Shown one piece after another: positions 47,486 to 59,199 of a stretch of 64,000 nt of DNA. Each line of letters opens with the position of its first letter. The stretch's first letter is position 1. The position numbers and the translations under genes were made by a program. The DNA is from Gracilinanus agilis. Taxonomy: Eukaryota. The DNA lies in NCBI RefSeq assembly GCF_016433145.1, contig NC_058130.1, positions 735,156,692 to 735,220,691 of the forward strand, given 5' to 3'. The notes below the pieces were generated by a model. That model made no database searches and was not told the origin of the DNA. It worked only from the letters and a program-made list of their open reading frames with translations.

Positions 47486-47665
47486 GGGCAGCTGGGTAGC
47501 TCAGTGGATTGAGAGCCAGGCCTAGAGACCGGAGGTCCTGGGTTCAAATCTGGCCTCAGGCACTTCCCAGCTGGGCAAGTCACTTGACCCCCATTGCCCA
47601 TCCTTACCACTCTTCCACCTATGAGCCAATACACAGAAGTTAAGGGTTTAAAAAAAAAAAAGAAA
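47486..47665 (+). mobile_element. SINE1_Mdo-like SINE with TSD
   Basis: aagaaaacaaaagtcta duplicated on both sides. Confidence 0.9.
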
Positions 47666-48422
47666 ACAAAAGAAAACAAAAGTCTACTGCACATCGGGTC
47701 TGTGCTAAAGTGAAAAAAGTCATTGCCCTCAAGTAGCTCATAGTCTACAGCATGTGAACAACCACTTGCAGACAAGATAAATTCAGGATAAGTTGGAGAA
47801 AATCTACAGGGAGGAGGCACTGGGAAAGGCTTCTTCCCAAGGGGAGATTTTAGGCAGGCTGGGAAGGGCGCCTGGGCAGGAAGCCAGGAGGCAGATGAGG
47901 AGTGAGAGAATTCCAGCCATGGGGCAAGGGGGCTGTCAGTGAACATGTTCCATCTTGGAGGGAGCCACTGGAGTTTATTCAAGGAGTGGAGGGTGGCATG
48001 GTCAGACCTAGGTTTAGGCATATCAATTTGGTGGCTGTGGAGTGCAGGAAAATCAACCAGTACTGAAGTGGTCCAGGAATAGGTGATGACAGCTTGCACC
48101 TAGATAGCAGCAATATCAGAGAGAAGAGCACATAGCAGAAGGATTTCTAATGGAATCTGGCAGTTAGGTGTTGCAGTGGTAGAATGTGGGGGGCCTGGAG
48201 TCAGGAGGACTCTTCTTCCTGAGTTTGGATAGGGCCTCAGACATTTCCTAGCTGTGTGGCCCTGGGCAAGTCACTTACCCTTCTGTCTTAGTTTCCTCAC
48301 TTGTACAAAGAGATGGAGAAGGAAATGGCAGTGTCTTTGCTATAAAAACCCCAAATGGGATCAGAGTCAAAGTGACTGAACAGCAAAACTAATGGAAGTT
48401 CCTTAAAGACCCACCATCTTTT

Positions 48423-48550
48423 TTATTATTATTTATTATTTTTAATATTTTTGTTTTTATTTTGAATATTTTCCCATAGTTACATGTTTCATGTTCTTTC
48501 CCTCTCCCCAAACCCCCTCCATCTCCACAAGCTGACGCACAATTCCATTG
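48423..48550 (-). mobile_element. Short 5'-truncated L1 3' end with 18-bp TSD
   Basis: TSD aaagacccaccatctttt at 48405-48422 and 48551-48568; same 3' UTR sequence as the 11.7-kb copy. Confidence 0.9.
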
Positions 48551-49449
48551 AAAGACCCACCATCTTTTATTCCAGTTAAGTTTTAAATTACCCTAACCTC
48601 CTATTCTGAACATAACCCCATAACCTTACCTTGCATTTAGAGTTGGGAAGACTCCAGTCCGAGTCTCTCTGTGTGCCTGGACAAATCTTTTAATTTCTGT
48701 CCGCCTCAGCTTCCTTATCTCTAAAATAGCTTTAAAACAGCACCCAGGGTTGTTTCAGGATCAGACCAGTTAATATTTGTAAAGTAAAAAATTGCTTCTT
48801 TCTAAAAAAAAAAAAAGATGCCTCAATTACCCTCTTTTCTGATCTTTACCCCAATCCCCATTTTCCACTTGCCCTAACCTTCCATCCACCTTGCAAACAA
48901 GAAAAACAAAGACTTTGCCACAAATATGAGTAAACAAGTAAGAAAAATTCCTACCTAGGCTGGTGACCTCTCCATCTCTCTTTTTAAAACATTAAAAACA
49001 AACAAACAAACAAACAAAAAACAACCTTCACCTTCTGTTTTAAAATTTGATACTAAGTATAGGTTCCAAAGCGGAAGAGGGGTAAGGGCTAGGCAACTGG
49101 GGTAAAATGACTTGTCCAAGATCATGCAGCTGAAAACTGTCATATTTGAACTCAGGCACTCCCGTTTCCAGTTTTGGATCTCAATCCACCAAGCTGCCTT
49201 TTACTGCTGAGGATACTGAGGCAGCAGAGGTGACAGGACAGTCAGATTGGTTGGACCCTCCGAAGTCTCAGAGTTTCAGGGTTTTTACAATTCCTTGCCC
49301 CGCTTTGACTAAGTTCCTTTCCCACTGTGGGCCTCAGTTTCTCCCCCCTGTAAAATACTGCATTGGAGAAATGAGCACATCCCCAGGCTCACTCCCACTG
49401 TGCCAGGTGTCTGGAGATACGGGCTGGGGTGGGGAATGGGCAGGCTGTA

Positions 49450-50350
49450 GTGATGGCTGGTGGCCGGCAGGAGGCGGCGTCGCACCGCTCCCGGGCCCCT
49501 GCCCAGCCCCAGCCCAGCCCAGCCCAGCCCAGCGCAGCTCAGCCCTCCCCCGCGCGCGCTCGCTAGCTCCCTCGTTCCGAGCCTCCGCCCGCCCCGGACA
49601 ATAACAGCGCTCCGTCTCGTCCCCTCCCTCCCTCCGCTCCTCTCCCGGCTGCGATGCCTCGTAGCCTCCGCCCGCCCCCGCCCCCGCGCCCCGCAGCCCG
49701 GACTAGTCCCGCGCCCCTGCGCTAGCCGGCCCGCGGGGAGTGAGGGCGCAGCGGGTGCGGGGGGCACCGCGGGCGCTTGGAGATCCCGACTCCGGCTCTG
49801 GCTCCTCCCCGCCGCTCTCCACCTGGGCCCGGCCGCTGCCGCCGCCCCCGCCCCGGGGGCCTAGCCCTGAGCCCCCGAGGCTGCTCTCCCCTCGCCCCAC
49901 CCTCCTCCAGCCCCTCCCTGGCCGCCGCTGCCTCCTCCTCCTCCTCCTCCTGCTAGCCTCAGACGCCCGGACTGCGGGAACCATGGAGTGAGTAGTCAGG
50001 GGCTGGGGGTGTTGGGGATCCGGAGGTCTAATGGCTGGAAGAGCCGGCCTTTAGGGGTCCAGGGCCTGAAACGGGGAGGGGGGGAATGTCTGAGGATCCG
50101 GTAGCTCAAGGTCTGGAACCAGGAGACCGGGCGCTGTGAGGCGGGAGGGTCCTGGAACCAGGGGTCGGTCTGTAGATGGGGAGTCCGAGGCTCCAGGGGT
50201 GGGGGTATGGGGACTCCTTTGGCGCTTTCTCCCGTAGTGGCTGGGGCGGGGGGAGGGGGGCTCACGGATTAACCCGCCTCTGCTTCTTGGGCCAGGGCTG
50301 TCAGTGGTTGACCCCACCCCTTGTCGGCGGCCCCCCTGCACCCCTGCTGG
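49450..50350. promoter_or_regulatory. PALM: CpG-island promoter of PALM
   Basis: very GC- and CpG-rich, GC boxes, no TATA; contains the PALM start codon. Confidence 0.85.
49983..49987 (+). CDS. PALM: Paralemmin-1 exon 1 coding part (ATG GA)
   Basis: gaaccATGGA|gtgagt: Kozak ATG followed by a phase-2 donor; splices in frame to 63233. Confidence 0.8.
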
Positions 50351-53100
50351 GGGCTCGGGCCTCGGAGAGCTTGGACTGGAAGGCTTCCCGCAGGTGGTGG
50401 TGGGTCTGGCCTCCAGGTTACAGCCCTAGCTCTTGTTTGGGCTCCTGGAAGATGCTGCCTAAAGACGGGGAAAGGGATGGAGGGAGCCAGACTCTACTCT
50501 GGGCCACATCCTCCTTCATACTCAAGGGCAGGGCCTGTGGCCGGCCCCCCTTTTCCCCCCTCGGTTCCCCCACCGGGCACAGGTGCCATGAAAGGCAGAC
50601 AGGCTGGACAGACAGGCTGGGCCTTAGGGACTCCTGGGGAAGAGGAGACTCGCAGCTTCTGCAGTCTTAGGCCTTTGACGCCAAGATTCCCGCCACCCTA
50701 CCCTCACCTTCAAACCCATCCCCATCCTCATCCTCATCCCCATCCCCATCCCCATCCCTATTCCTATCCCCATCCCCATCTCCATCCTTACCCTTCCCAC
50801 TAAGCCATGGTCTTAACTCCTCCCCATCCTTCCTCCTAGAGACTCTGGTGCTAGCTCCCTTCCTGAAAGCTCGCCTTAGAACGGACGTCAAGAGCTCCTC
50901 TCCCCTCTTCCTGCCTCCCCAAAGTGCCGAAGAGTACCCTCCCCCCAATCTCATGACCCTTCCCCCAGCCAGGGTTCCTCCCAGGAGTAATTGCTTGTAA
51001 ATCAAGGGGCAGCCTCTTCCCCATCCCTCCCTATGGAGTGATGGCCAGCGCCTCCTCGCAGCTCTAATAGAACCATTGGCTAACTCCCTCCCTCCCTCCT
51101 TCCCTCCCTCCCTCCCTCGTGCTTTCACAGAAAGCCATGGGCTCAGTCTGAATCCTTCCCACTCTCTCTGCCCCATTCCGTCAGTCAGCAGCCTAAAGTG
51201 CCTACTGTGTGCCAGGGACGGGGCTAAGCTTTGGGAGTCCGGGGCAGAAACAATGAGCTCTTCTCCCAAAGAGCCCCCACTGGAATGGGGAAGGGGCATG
51301 ACTCTAGCGGTCCATACGAGATAGATGTGGTAGGGATTCGTGGGCTCTCAGTTCTTCCCAGAAGAAGGCACTCAGGGGTGGGGGAGAAGGTGGGCTTTGA
51401 ACTGAGGCTTCTAGATTTAAGAGCTGGGAGGGACCCTCAGAGACTGGTGAGTACATCTCACATTTTACAGAGAAAGAAACTGAGGCCAATAGAAGTGCTG
51501 GTCTTTTCCCCACCATAGGTTCTCTTTCCTTGTCTCTCCACCCAGTAACTCTCTTTGGGGGTGTGGGGGGAATGGGTACCCCAGTTCCCTACAGAGCCCA
51601 TGGACTGGGGAATTCCTCTACCCAACTGCCACTGGATTTCTCCAGGAACTTTTTTAGCCTGAGGTATGTGGTGCCTTGAGCTTCAAGGATTTATTTAGAA
51701 AGGTGCTTTGAGATCTCTGGTTAAATCATAGTCCTGTCCCAGGAAATCTGAATCTCAGAGCCATGCTGTAATTGGGATGGCCAGAAATGTGGGTTCCACC
51801 TTGCCCTGCCCCTTCCAATCAGGGCCTCAGTTTCCCTCTCCTTAAAAGGTTTTGGTATAACTCTTTGAGTTCCTTTCAAGATCTGAGTTGGGGATTCTAG
51901 GAGCCATCTCCAGTCCTCTCACCTCATGACTGAGGAGGCCCCACCCTTGGCTTGGCCTGAAACTTGGCCCCTTTTGCTTTAGAAACTCCTGACAAGCAGA
52001 CAAAGCCCTATCCCAGAGGGAACCCAGCCCTGAGCCTTGGGGCCCTGGAGGGAGAGAGCAGCCCAGCCCAGCCTCATCTCTTCCTCCCTTGTTTACCTCA
52101 GGGCTTGCTGCAAAAGTCAGCCAGAGGTCCCTATGTACAGACCTACAGAGAATTTTGGTATAGAGCCCCCTACCTTAGCCCGGGCCCTAGTGCTGAGCCC
52201 TTGGCTGGGACGCACATTTCTTTGCATTCTCTGTTTTCTAAGTGTCTGTATTTCCATGCCAGCTGATGAGACACAGATTCCGCCCCAACCCAGTCCTGTG
52301 GGAGCTTCTAGTCCAATAAGGGGGGGTGCCAAATGCACGTACCCTAAAATTGTAGTAGAGACAGGAGAGACCCGTTCAAAGGGCTCAAGGCAGGGAATTT
52401 AACAGACTTGAAGAGGAGAGAATGCTCTCAGATGGAGGGTAGGCTTCAAGGAGGAGGTGGCATCTGAACTGAGCACTGGAAGAAGAGAAAGGTTTCAACA
52501 GGGGAAAGGGGAGGGAGTACATTCCAGCAAGGGGTCTGCTCTACCTGATCGAGCAGAGACTTTAGGAAGGTAGAATGAAATCCGGGAGGCATCCGGTTTG
52601 GCCAGAACTTCCTGTGTGAAGGAGAGTGCTATTTCAGAACTAAAAAGAGCAGACAGGTACGTTGGAGCCAGAGTCTGAAGGGCATCGAAGGTTCAGCTAA
52701 GCGTTTGGATTTGGTTCTGGAGGCACTAGGGAGTCCTGGAAGGTTTTTGAGTAAGATAACTGTGACAAGCTCCGAGGCACGATTTGAGAAGGGTATTTTG
52801 GTAATCAGTGAGGTCGGACTGGAGAGGGGAGGGACCAGCCAAGATCATATATTAACCTGGTTCCTGTGCCCACCTGTCCAGAGATGATAGAGACCATTTC
52901 AGGAAGGAGGGATCACTCCTGGCTGGGATGCAAGGAACATACATGGTGGCTGATAATCCTGGAAGGTTTCTTGGGCTTCTTGGTGGGCATGATATTTGAG
53001 CAGGGGCTGGAAGGTTAAAGATTTCAACAGGCACAGGTAGGAGGAATATTGGGGGTCTATTTTAGGCAAGGGAGATAGAAGCATATACCATGGGATCAAT

Positions 53101-53148
<48 letters not shown>

Positions 53149-55319
53149 CTGGAGCTTTTAATTTATTCATTAAAATTCAGCTCTGAGTATATCCCATGAC
53201 CGTGGAATATCATAAGGGAATCAGAGGATCATGGAACCCAAACTAGAAGGCATTCCGGGACCCCACCTAGAAGCTAGTTCCAGAGTGCCAGGGGCACATG
53301 AAAGATTTATTATAATTTGGGAAATTAGCGTTGTTTGGAGGTGAATTTGGGAGAGCTATTCCTCCATCTTGGCTATCAATAATATCCAAAATCCTGTGTA
53401 AAAGCATTTTTTCACCCTAAAGTGAAATATGAAATATGTGAAAATAGATTCATAAGTATATGGATATGAAAGTGTGGCAGAGTGGTTTTTGAGCTGATCT
53501 TGGAGCAAAGAAGACGTGGGATCAAATTCTTGCCAATGATTTATATATTCTGACTGGGTTTGTGACCGGGGCAAGGCTCTAAGTGCTTTAGACTGCTCTC
53601 TGTACAAGGTACAAGGTAGTGGGAGTTTCCTCATCTGGGAGTTTACTTTGCCAATGAAATCTCAGGTCTGGTACCTGCCTTATTTATTTATTTATTTATT
53701 TGTTTGTTCATTTATCTATTTCCCATTTTTATCCATTTTTAATTTTTTCCTTGCAAAACCCTTACCTTCTATCTTAAAATTGCTACTAAATATTAGTTCC
53801 AAAGCAGAAGAGTGATAAGGGCAAGGCAATTGGGGGTTAAATGACTTTCCCAGCTAGGAAGTCTCTGAGGCCACATTTGAACCCAGGACCTCCTGACTCC
53901 AAGTGTGGTTCTCTATCCCACTGAGTCACCTAGGTGCCCCACCCCATCCTGTATTCCTATAGTTAGCCCTTTTGGCATTGAACGTTTTATATATCAATAG
54001 CTATGCTTGATATGTGCTATGTGCCAGGCTAGAAAAAGTGAAACAGATCCTGCCCTCAAGGGGCTTACATTGTAAAGGGGGAGACAACCATTAGACATAG
54101 AGGTGAAAGACAACCAGGGCTGGGGACCGGTAATGGACTGGGAATCTGAAAACTTGGGTTTTAAAGTCTGGCCCTGACTTGCTTTGTAACTCTGGGCCAA
54201 GCCACCTGGCTTTTCTGGTCTCAGTTTTCTCATCTATAAAACAGGAATGTTTGGTTTTTAGATAGATTGCTCCCCATCTCCCTTAATGTGTGTAATGTTC
54301 ACCTTTCCACCTTTGTATTTCTTTGTATCATAATAACTTAACTCGGGTCTTAGCGCATAGTAAACCCTTAATAAATGCTTGTTTTTCTTTCCTTTTAAAA
54401 AAAAAATCCTTACTTTTCCTGTCTTAGTAATAATTAGGGTTTAAGAGGCTTGCCCAGGATCACAAAACTAGGAAGTGTCTGAGGCCAAATTTGGACCCAG
54501 GTCCTCTCCAATAAATGCTTGTTGACTTGCTTGGCCCCAGGAACCCCTAGCTCCCTCCAAGGCTTAATGCCTACCTCCTCCTGTTACAAGAAGCCCTTTT
54601 CAACAATTTATTAATGCCTCTGCCCCGCACTCCATGGCTATGGATTTATTTTGGGTATCTGTCTGAATTTGCTTATCCCTGACTGATCCTCCTTATAGGT
54701 TGTAAACTTCTTGAGGGCTGGTAGGATTTCATTCTTGTCTTTGTATCTTCAGGTCCTTAGCTTAGAACTTGGCAAACTGCAGATGCTGACTAACTGATTG
54801 GGAATCTGTGAAAGAGTAGAGTTGGTCTTGCATCTTTGTATATTCAAGAATTATCTGTGTTGCCTTATCTCTACTAGATAAACTCTTGGAGCATTTCTCT
54901 ATAATCTCATCCTGAATCTTAACATTTATCGCACTGCACAGAATCAAGGGAAATTAGAGCCAAAAGGGAGAGGTTAGAAATCATCAATCTAGTGTGTGTG
55001 GCCTCTGGGCCAGGAAACCCCTGGAGTGCAGGGACTGTTCCACCTTTTGCCTTTGCCTTTTCCTTTTCATTGATAGTATTTCTCTAGGTTGCAGGGTTTT
55101 ATAGGTATTATTTCCTTTGTTCCTCACCACAACTCTGTGAGGAAAGTGCTATTATTTCTTCCATTTTGTGAATGAGGAAAGGGAGGCTGAGAGATAAGTT
55201 ACTTGTCCAGGATCACCCAGCAGCAGGTGTGCCTGAGTTAGCATTGGAACTTAGGGCCTTTTTGATTTCAAGTCCTACCCAATCTCTTGCCCATTTGGAA
55301 TATACTATCAATAGAAGGT

Positions 55320-55650
55320 GGGATGGCTGGGTGGTGCAGTGGATAGAGCAAGGTCTGGAAGCAGGACAACTTGAGGTCAAATGTGACATCAGAGACTTAT
55401 TAGCTGTGTGACCCTGGGCAAGTCATTGAACTCTGCCTTGATTTCCTCAATCTGTAAAATGAGCTGGAGAAAGGAATGGCAAACCTAGCTGGGTGACCCT
55501 GAGCAAGTCATTGAACCCTGTTTGCCTCAGTTTCCTCATCTGTAAAATGAGCTAGAGAAGAGAATGGCAAACCTCTCCAGAATCTCTGCCAGGAAAACCC
55601 CAAGTGGGGTCACGAAGAGTCAGACATGACTAAAACTAATGAACAATAAT
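55320..55650 (+). mobile_element. MAR1-like SINE with duplicated core
   Basis: head, two cores joined at ggcaaac|ctagctggg, RTE-type tail. Confidence 0.8.
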
Positions 55651-56228
55651 AAAAATCATCAGTAGGTGTTTAATACATATTTGTACAATAGATAAAGGTC
55701 CCTGGGGAAGATGGTAGCTCAGGCAGGTGGCTGGGCACATGGGCAGCAGAGGAGCTGGTCACCTTGGGTGTGAGGGAGCTCCCTAGCACAGAAACTGGTG
55801 ACCCCCTGTCAGAAAGGCTGCTCTAACCAATCCAAGTTACTAATCAGATGTCAACATTTGCTAATTGGAGGCAGCCAAGTGGCCCAGTGGGTAGAGAGCC
55901 AGGTCTAGAGAGGGGAGGTCCTGGGTTCAAATGTGGCCTCAGACACTTCCTAGCCTCTTAACCCAAATGTCTACCCTTCCTGCCCTTCTGCCTTAAAACC
56001 AATACACAGTATTGATTCCCAGATAGAAGGTAAAGGTTTTTTTTTTAACACAAACATTTGCTAATTAATTAGATGCCATGTTGGAGAGCGAGTATGTACA
56101 CATATCAGCAAGAACAGATTTTACAAAGTAAAAATACAAGGTAATTTGGAAGGGATAGAAAAGGCTCCAGCATCTGAGGGCATCTGAGGACAAGCTTGCC
56201 GTAGGATGAGGCGCTTGAATCGAGGTTT

Positions 56229-56560
56229 TTATTTGGTTACTTTTTTTTTTAATTTTTTATTAATCATTTTCATTTTGATTCTCTCTATATAATTTTTATT
56301 AAGTATTTTAAAAACGTTTTCGATTCCACGGAATAACGATTTTTGACAATTGTTTTCTGACATTTTGGATTCCCATTCTTGCCCTTCCTCCCTGCGCAGG
56401 GCGGTAAATGGTAGGTTATCCCAGAGCTTGCATGCATTATGTATTTTCATATTCCCCACGTGGTGACTGAAGACACATATCCCGTGTACAGTTATAAACA
56501 ACCCTCATGAAGGAAATCAAGTGAGGTTTGATGTGCTTTGATCTGCACACAGACTCCCCA
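56229..56560 (-). mobile_element. Old L1-like 3' end
   Basis: T-rich tail and an L1 3' UTR-like end (gctttgatctgcacacagactcc). Confidence 0.55.
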
Positions 56561-59199
56561 AAACTGAACTGGGTTTTAGAGTGAGCTCAGGAGGGAGGGG
56601 AGATGGAGCCCTGGGGTATAAAAAGAGCACAAGCCCCAGTCTGGTGAAGGTGAGTTAATGGGTAACAGTCCAGGAAGGTCAGCCGGAGCCAGGACGAGGG
56701 GGCTTGAAATGCCGAGCAGGGGAGTTTCTGTTTGACCCAAGAGGCAATCGCCGGAGCTGTGGACCTTTCCGATGGGGGGCGTGACGGGGCAGGGACTTTG
56801 CTTTAGGGGCATCACTTGGGTGGCACTGCAGGGGAAGGATTGGAGAATCAGGGCAGAGAGGCTGCTGCAGTCATCCCGCTACAAGGGCTTCAACCAGGGG
56901 TGATGCCTGGAGAGAAGAGCTAAGCCAGTCTGCCAGGACACCATAGTGGGTACAGTCAGGAACACTCATCTTCCTGAGTTCAAATCTGCCTCAGACACAT
57001 ATTAGCTGTGTGACTCTGGGCAAGTGGCTGACCTCTGCCTCAGTTGACTCATCTGTCAAATGAGCTGGAGAAGGAAATGGCAAACCACTCCAGTATCTTT
57101 GCTAAGAAAATCCCAACGGGGTTCACCAAGAGTCTTGGACACAATTGAACAACAATATATTGTGCCAGGCATAGAAAGCCCAAAGTGAAACAGTTCTTGT
57201 CTTTCAAGGAGCGATGTGGTAGAGGACAGAGTGCTTGCCTTGGTGGCAGGAAGTTCAGGATTGAAATCTCAACTCTCACACTCACTAGTTGGTCCTGGAG
57301 CCAAGAAGACCAGAGTTCAAATCCAGTCTTAGACACTTACTACCCTTCGTGACTCTGGGCAAGTCACCCACACTTCTATTTACCTCAGCTTCCTCATCTG
57401 TAAAATAGGGATAATATTGGCATCTGCCTCCCATTCCCAGGGTTGTTGTGAAAATCAAAATCATGATAACTGTATAGTGCTTAGCACATAGTAAGCACTT
57501 TGTAAATGTTAATTATTATTATTTTGTTTGTTTACTTGTTTAAAAACCTTCACCTGTGTATTTCCTTTTAAAATTTATTTTTAATCCCCCCCCAATAAAA
57601 TTCTTACCTTCTGACTTACAGATAATAATAAGTATTGGTTCCAAGGTAGAAGAGTGGTAAGGGCTAAGCAATGAGGGTTAAGTGACTCGCCCAGGGTCAC
57701 ACAGTTAGGAAGTGTTAGATTTGAACTCAGGATTTTCTTGTCTCCTATCCTAGCTCTCTCCACTGAGCCACCTAGCTGCCCCCTACTGCTACTCTTATTA
57801 GTTGCATGGCTCTGGGGCTGGAGATTTCCCCTCTCTGAACCTCAGAGATTCCTCATCTGTCAAATGAGGGGGTTGGATTAGTTGGCTGCTTAATTTCTCT
57901 CTCATCCCCTCCAGCATTAACTTCCTGTGATTTTGTGTTGTTCCATCAACATTAAGACTCCTGAGGACTAATTTCTCTATCAGTCCTCCTGGTTATCACA
58001 AGGCTAGTAGAGAGATGACAAGATAATCGTCATGTAGAACATTATTTAATGCATCCGGAATTTCAAAATGCTATGCAAGGACCTAGGGGAAGGTTATTCA
58101 GGATCCTAGGAAAAGGGTATTGCCCTAAGAGGCAATCAGGGAAGTCTCCCTGGTAGAGATGGCGTGAGCCCTCCATTTGAAAGGCTAGGTAGTGAGAAGG
58201 GGGAGAGAAAAGGCATTTTGGTAAAAGACAGTGGACTGGGGGGGGGGGGGGGCTCTGAGAGTCCCCTTGTTTTGCCAAAATGGAAAAGGTAATGGAGAAA
58301 AATTTAAGCGAAATCCCCATTTTACAGGGGAAATAAACATAGGGTGATAATCCTGACAGCTGCCATGGACAATGCTTCTCATTTTCTCATTAAGCAACAG
58401 GTCTAGAATAGGTTGGATAGTTCACCAACTGTCTTATTTTACAGATGAGAAAACTGAGGTGTAGGAAAGTAACTTGACCAAAGTCAGTGCTGGGTGGCTC
58501 AGTGGGGAGAGAGCCAAGCCTGGAGCCAAGAAGATTGGAGTTCGAATATGGCCTCAGATACTTGTGTGGCCCTGGACAAGTCACTTCACACACACACACA
58601 CACCCCTTACCCTTGCCTCAGTTAACTCATCTGTCAAATGAGCCAAAAAGAAAATGGCAAACTGCTCCAGTGTCCAAGAGAACACCCCAAGGGCACAACT
58701 GAAAACCACCGAACAAATTCTCTAGTTAAAGGCTTTGGGCTTCAGGGAGGCTCAGTGGGATGAAGGGTCCTAATGAACTTAAAAAATTCTTGCCCTTTTC
58801 TGAGCTTTAAAATAAGTTTCAAGGCTCAATTCCTCCAGGAAGTCTTCCTAGAGTTAATCCCAGAGCCCTTGGCCAGAGGGACAGGGATGGCTTTTAAATC
58901 CTCCAGGCTCTTGCTCTTGGGCCTGAAGGCTGATAAATTGGTGTTGAATGAATGAATGAATGAATGAAATACAGGCTCCAGCTCAGTCCCAAGTTAAGAA
59001 TGCCCCCATCTGAACCAGGATTCAGATCCTGGCCTTAATGTGTTCTTTTATTGCCACTCTTCGGGCCTCGATTTCCCCATCTGTAAAGTGAGCGCTCTGG
59101 CCCTCCATGCTTGTGTCTTGGACCCCTTGAAAGCCTCTGGACCTCTTCTCCGAATCATGTTTTTAAATGCAAGAAATAAAACGCCTGAGATCGACAAAA

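Noticed and set aside
30000-49400. A third protease gene between the paralog and PALM
   Set aside because: No IIGG/IVGG, TAAHC or GDSGGP exons were seen on either strand by eye; a tBLASTn would be definitive.
49707-49982. In-frame N-terminal extension of PALM from GTG/CTG codons
   Set aside because: Stop-free frames are expected in very GC-rich DNA, the translation is low complexity, and the ATG at 49983 has a strong Kozak context.
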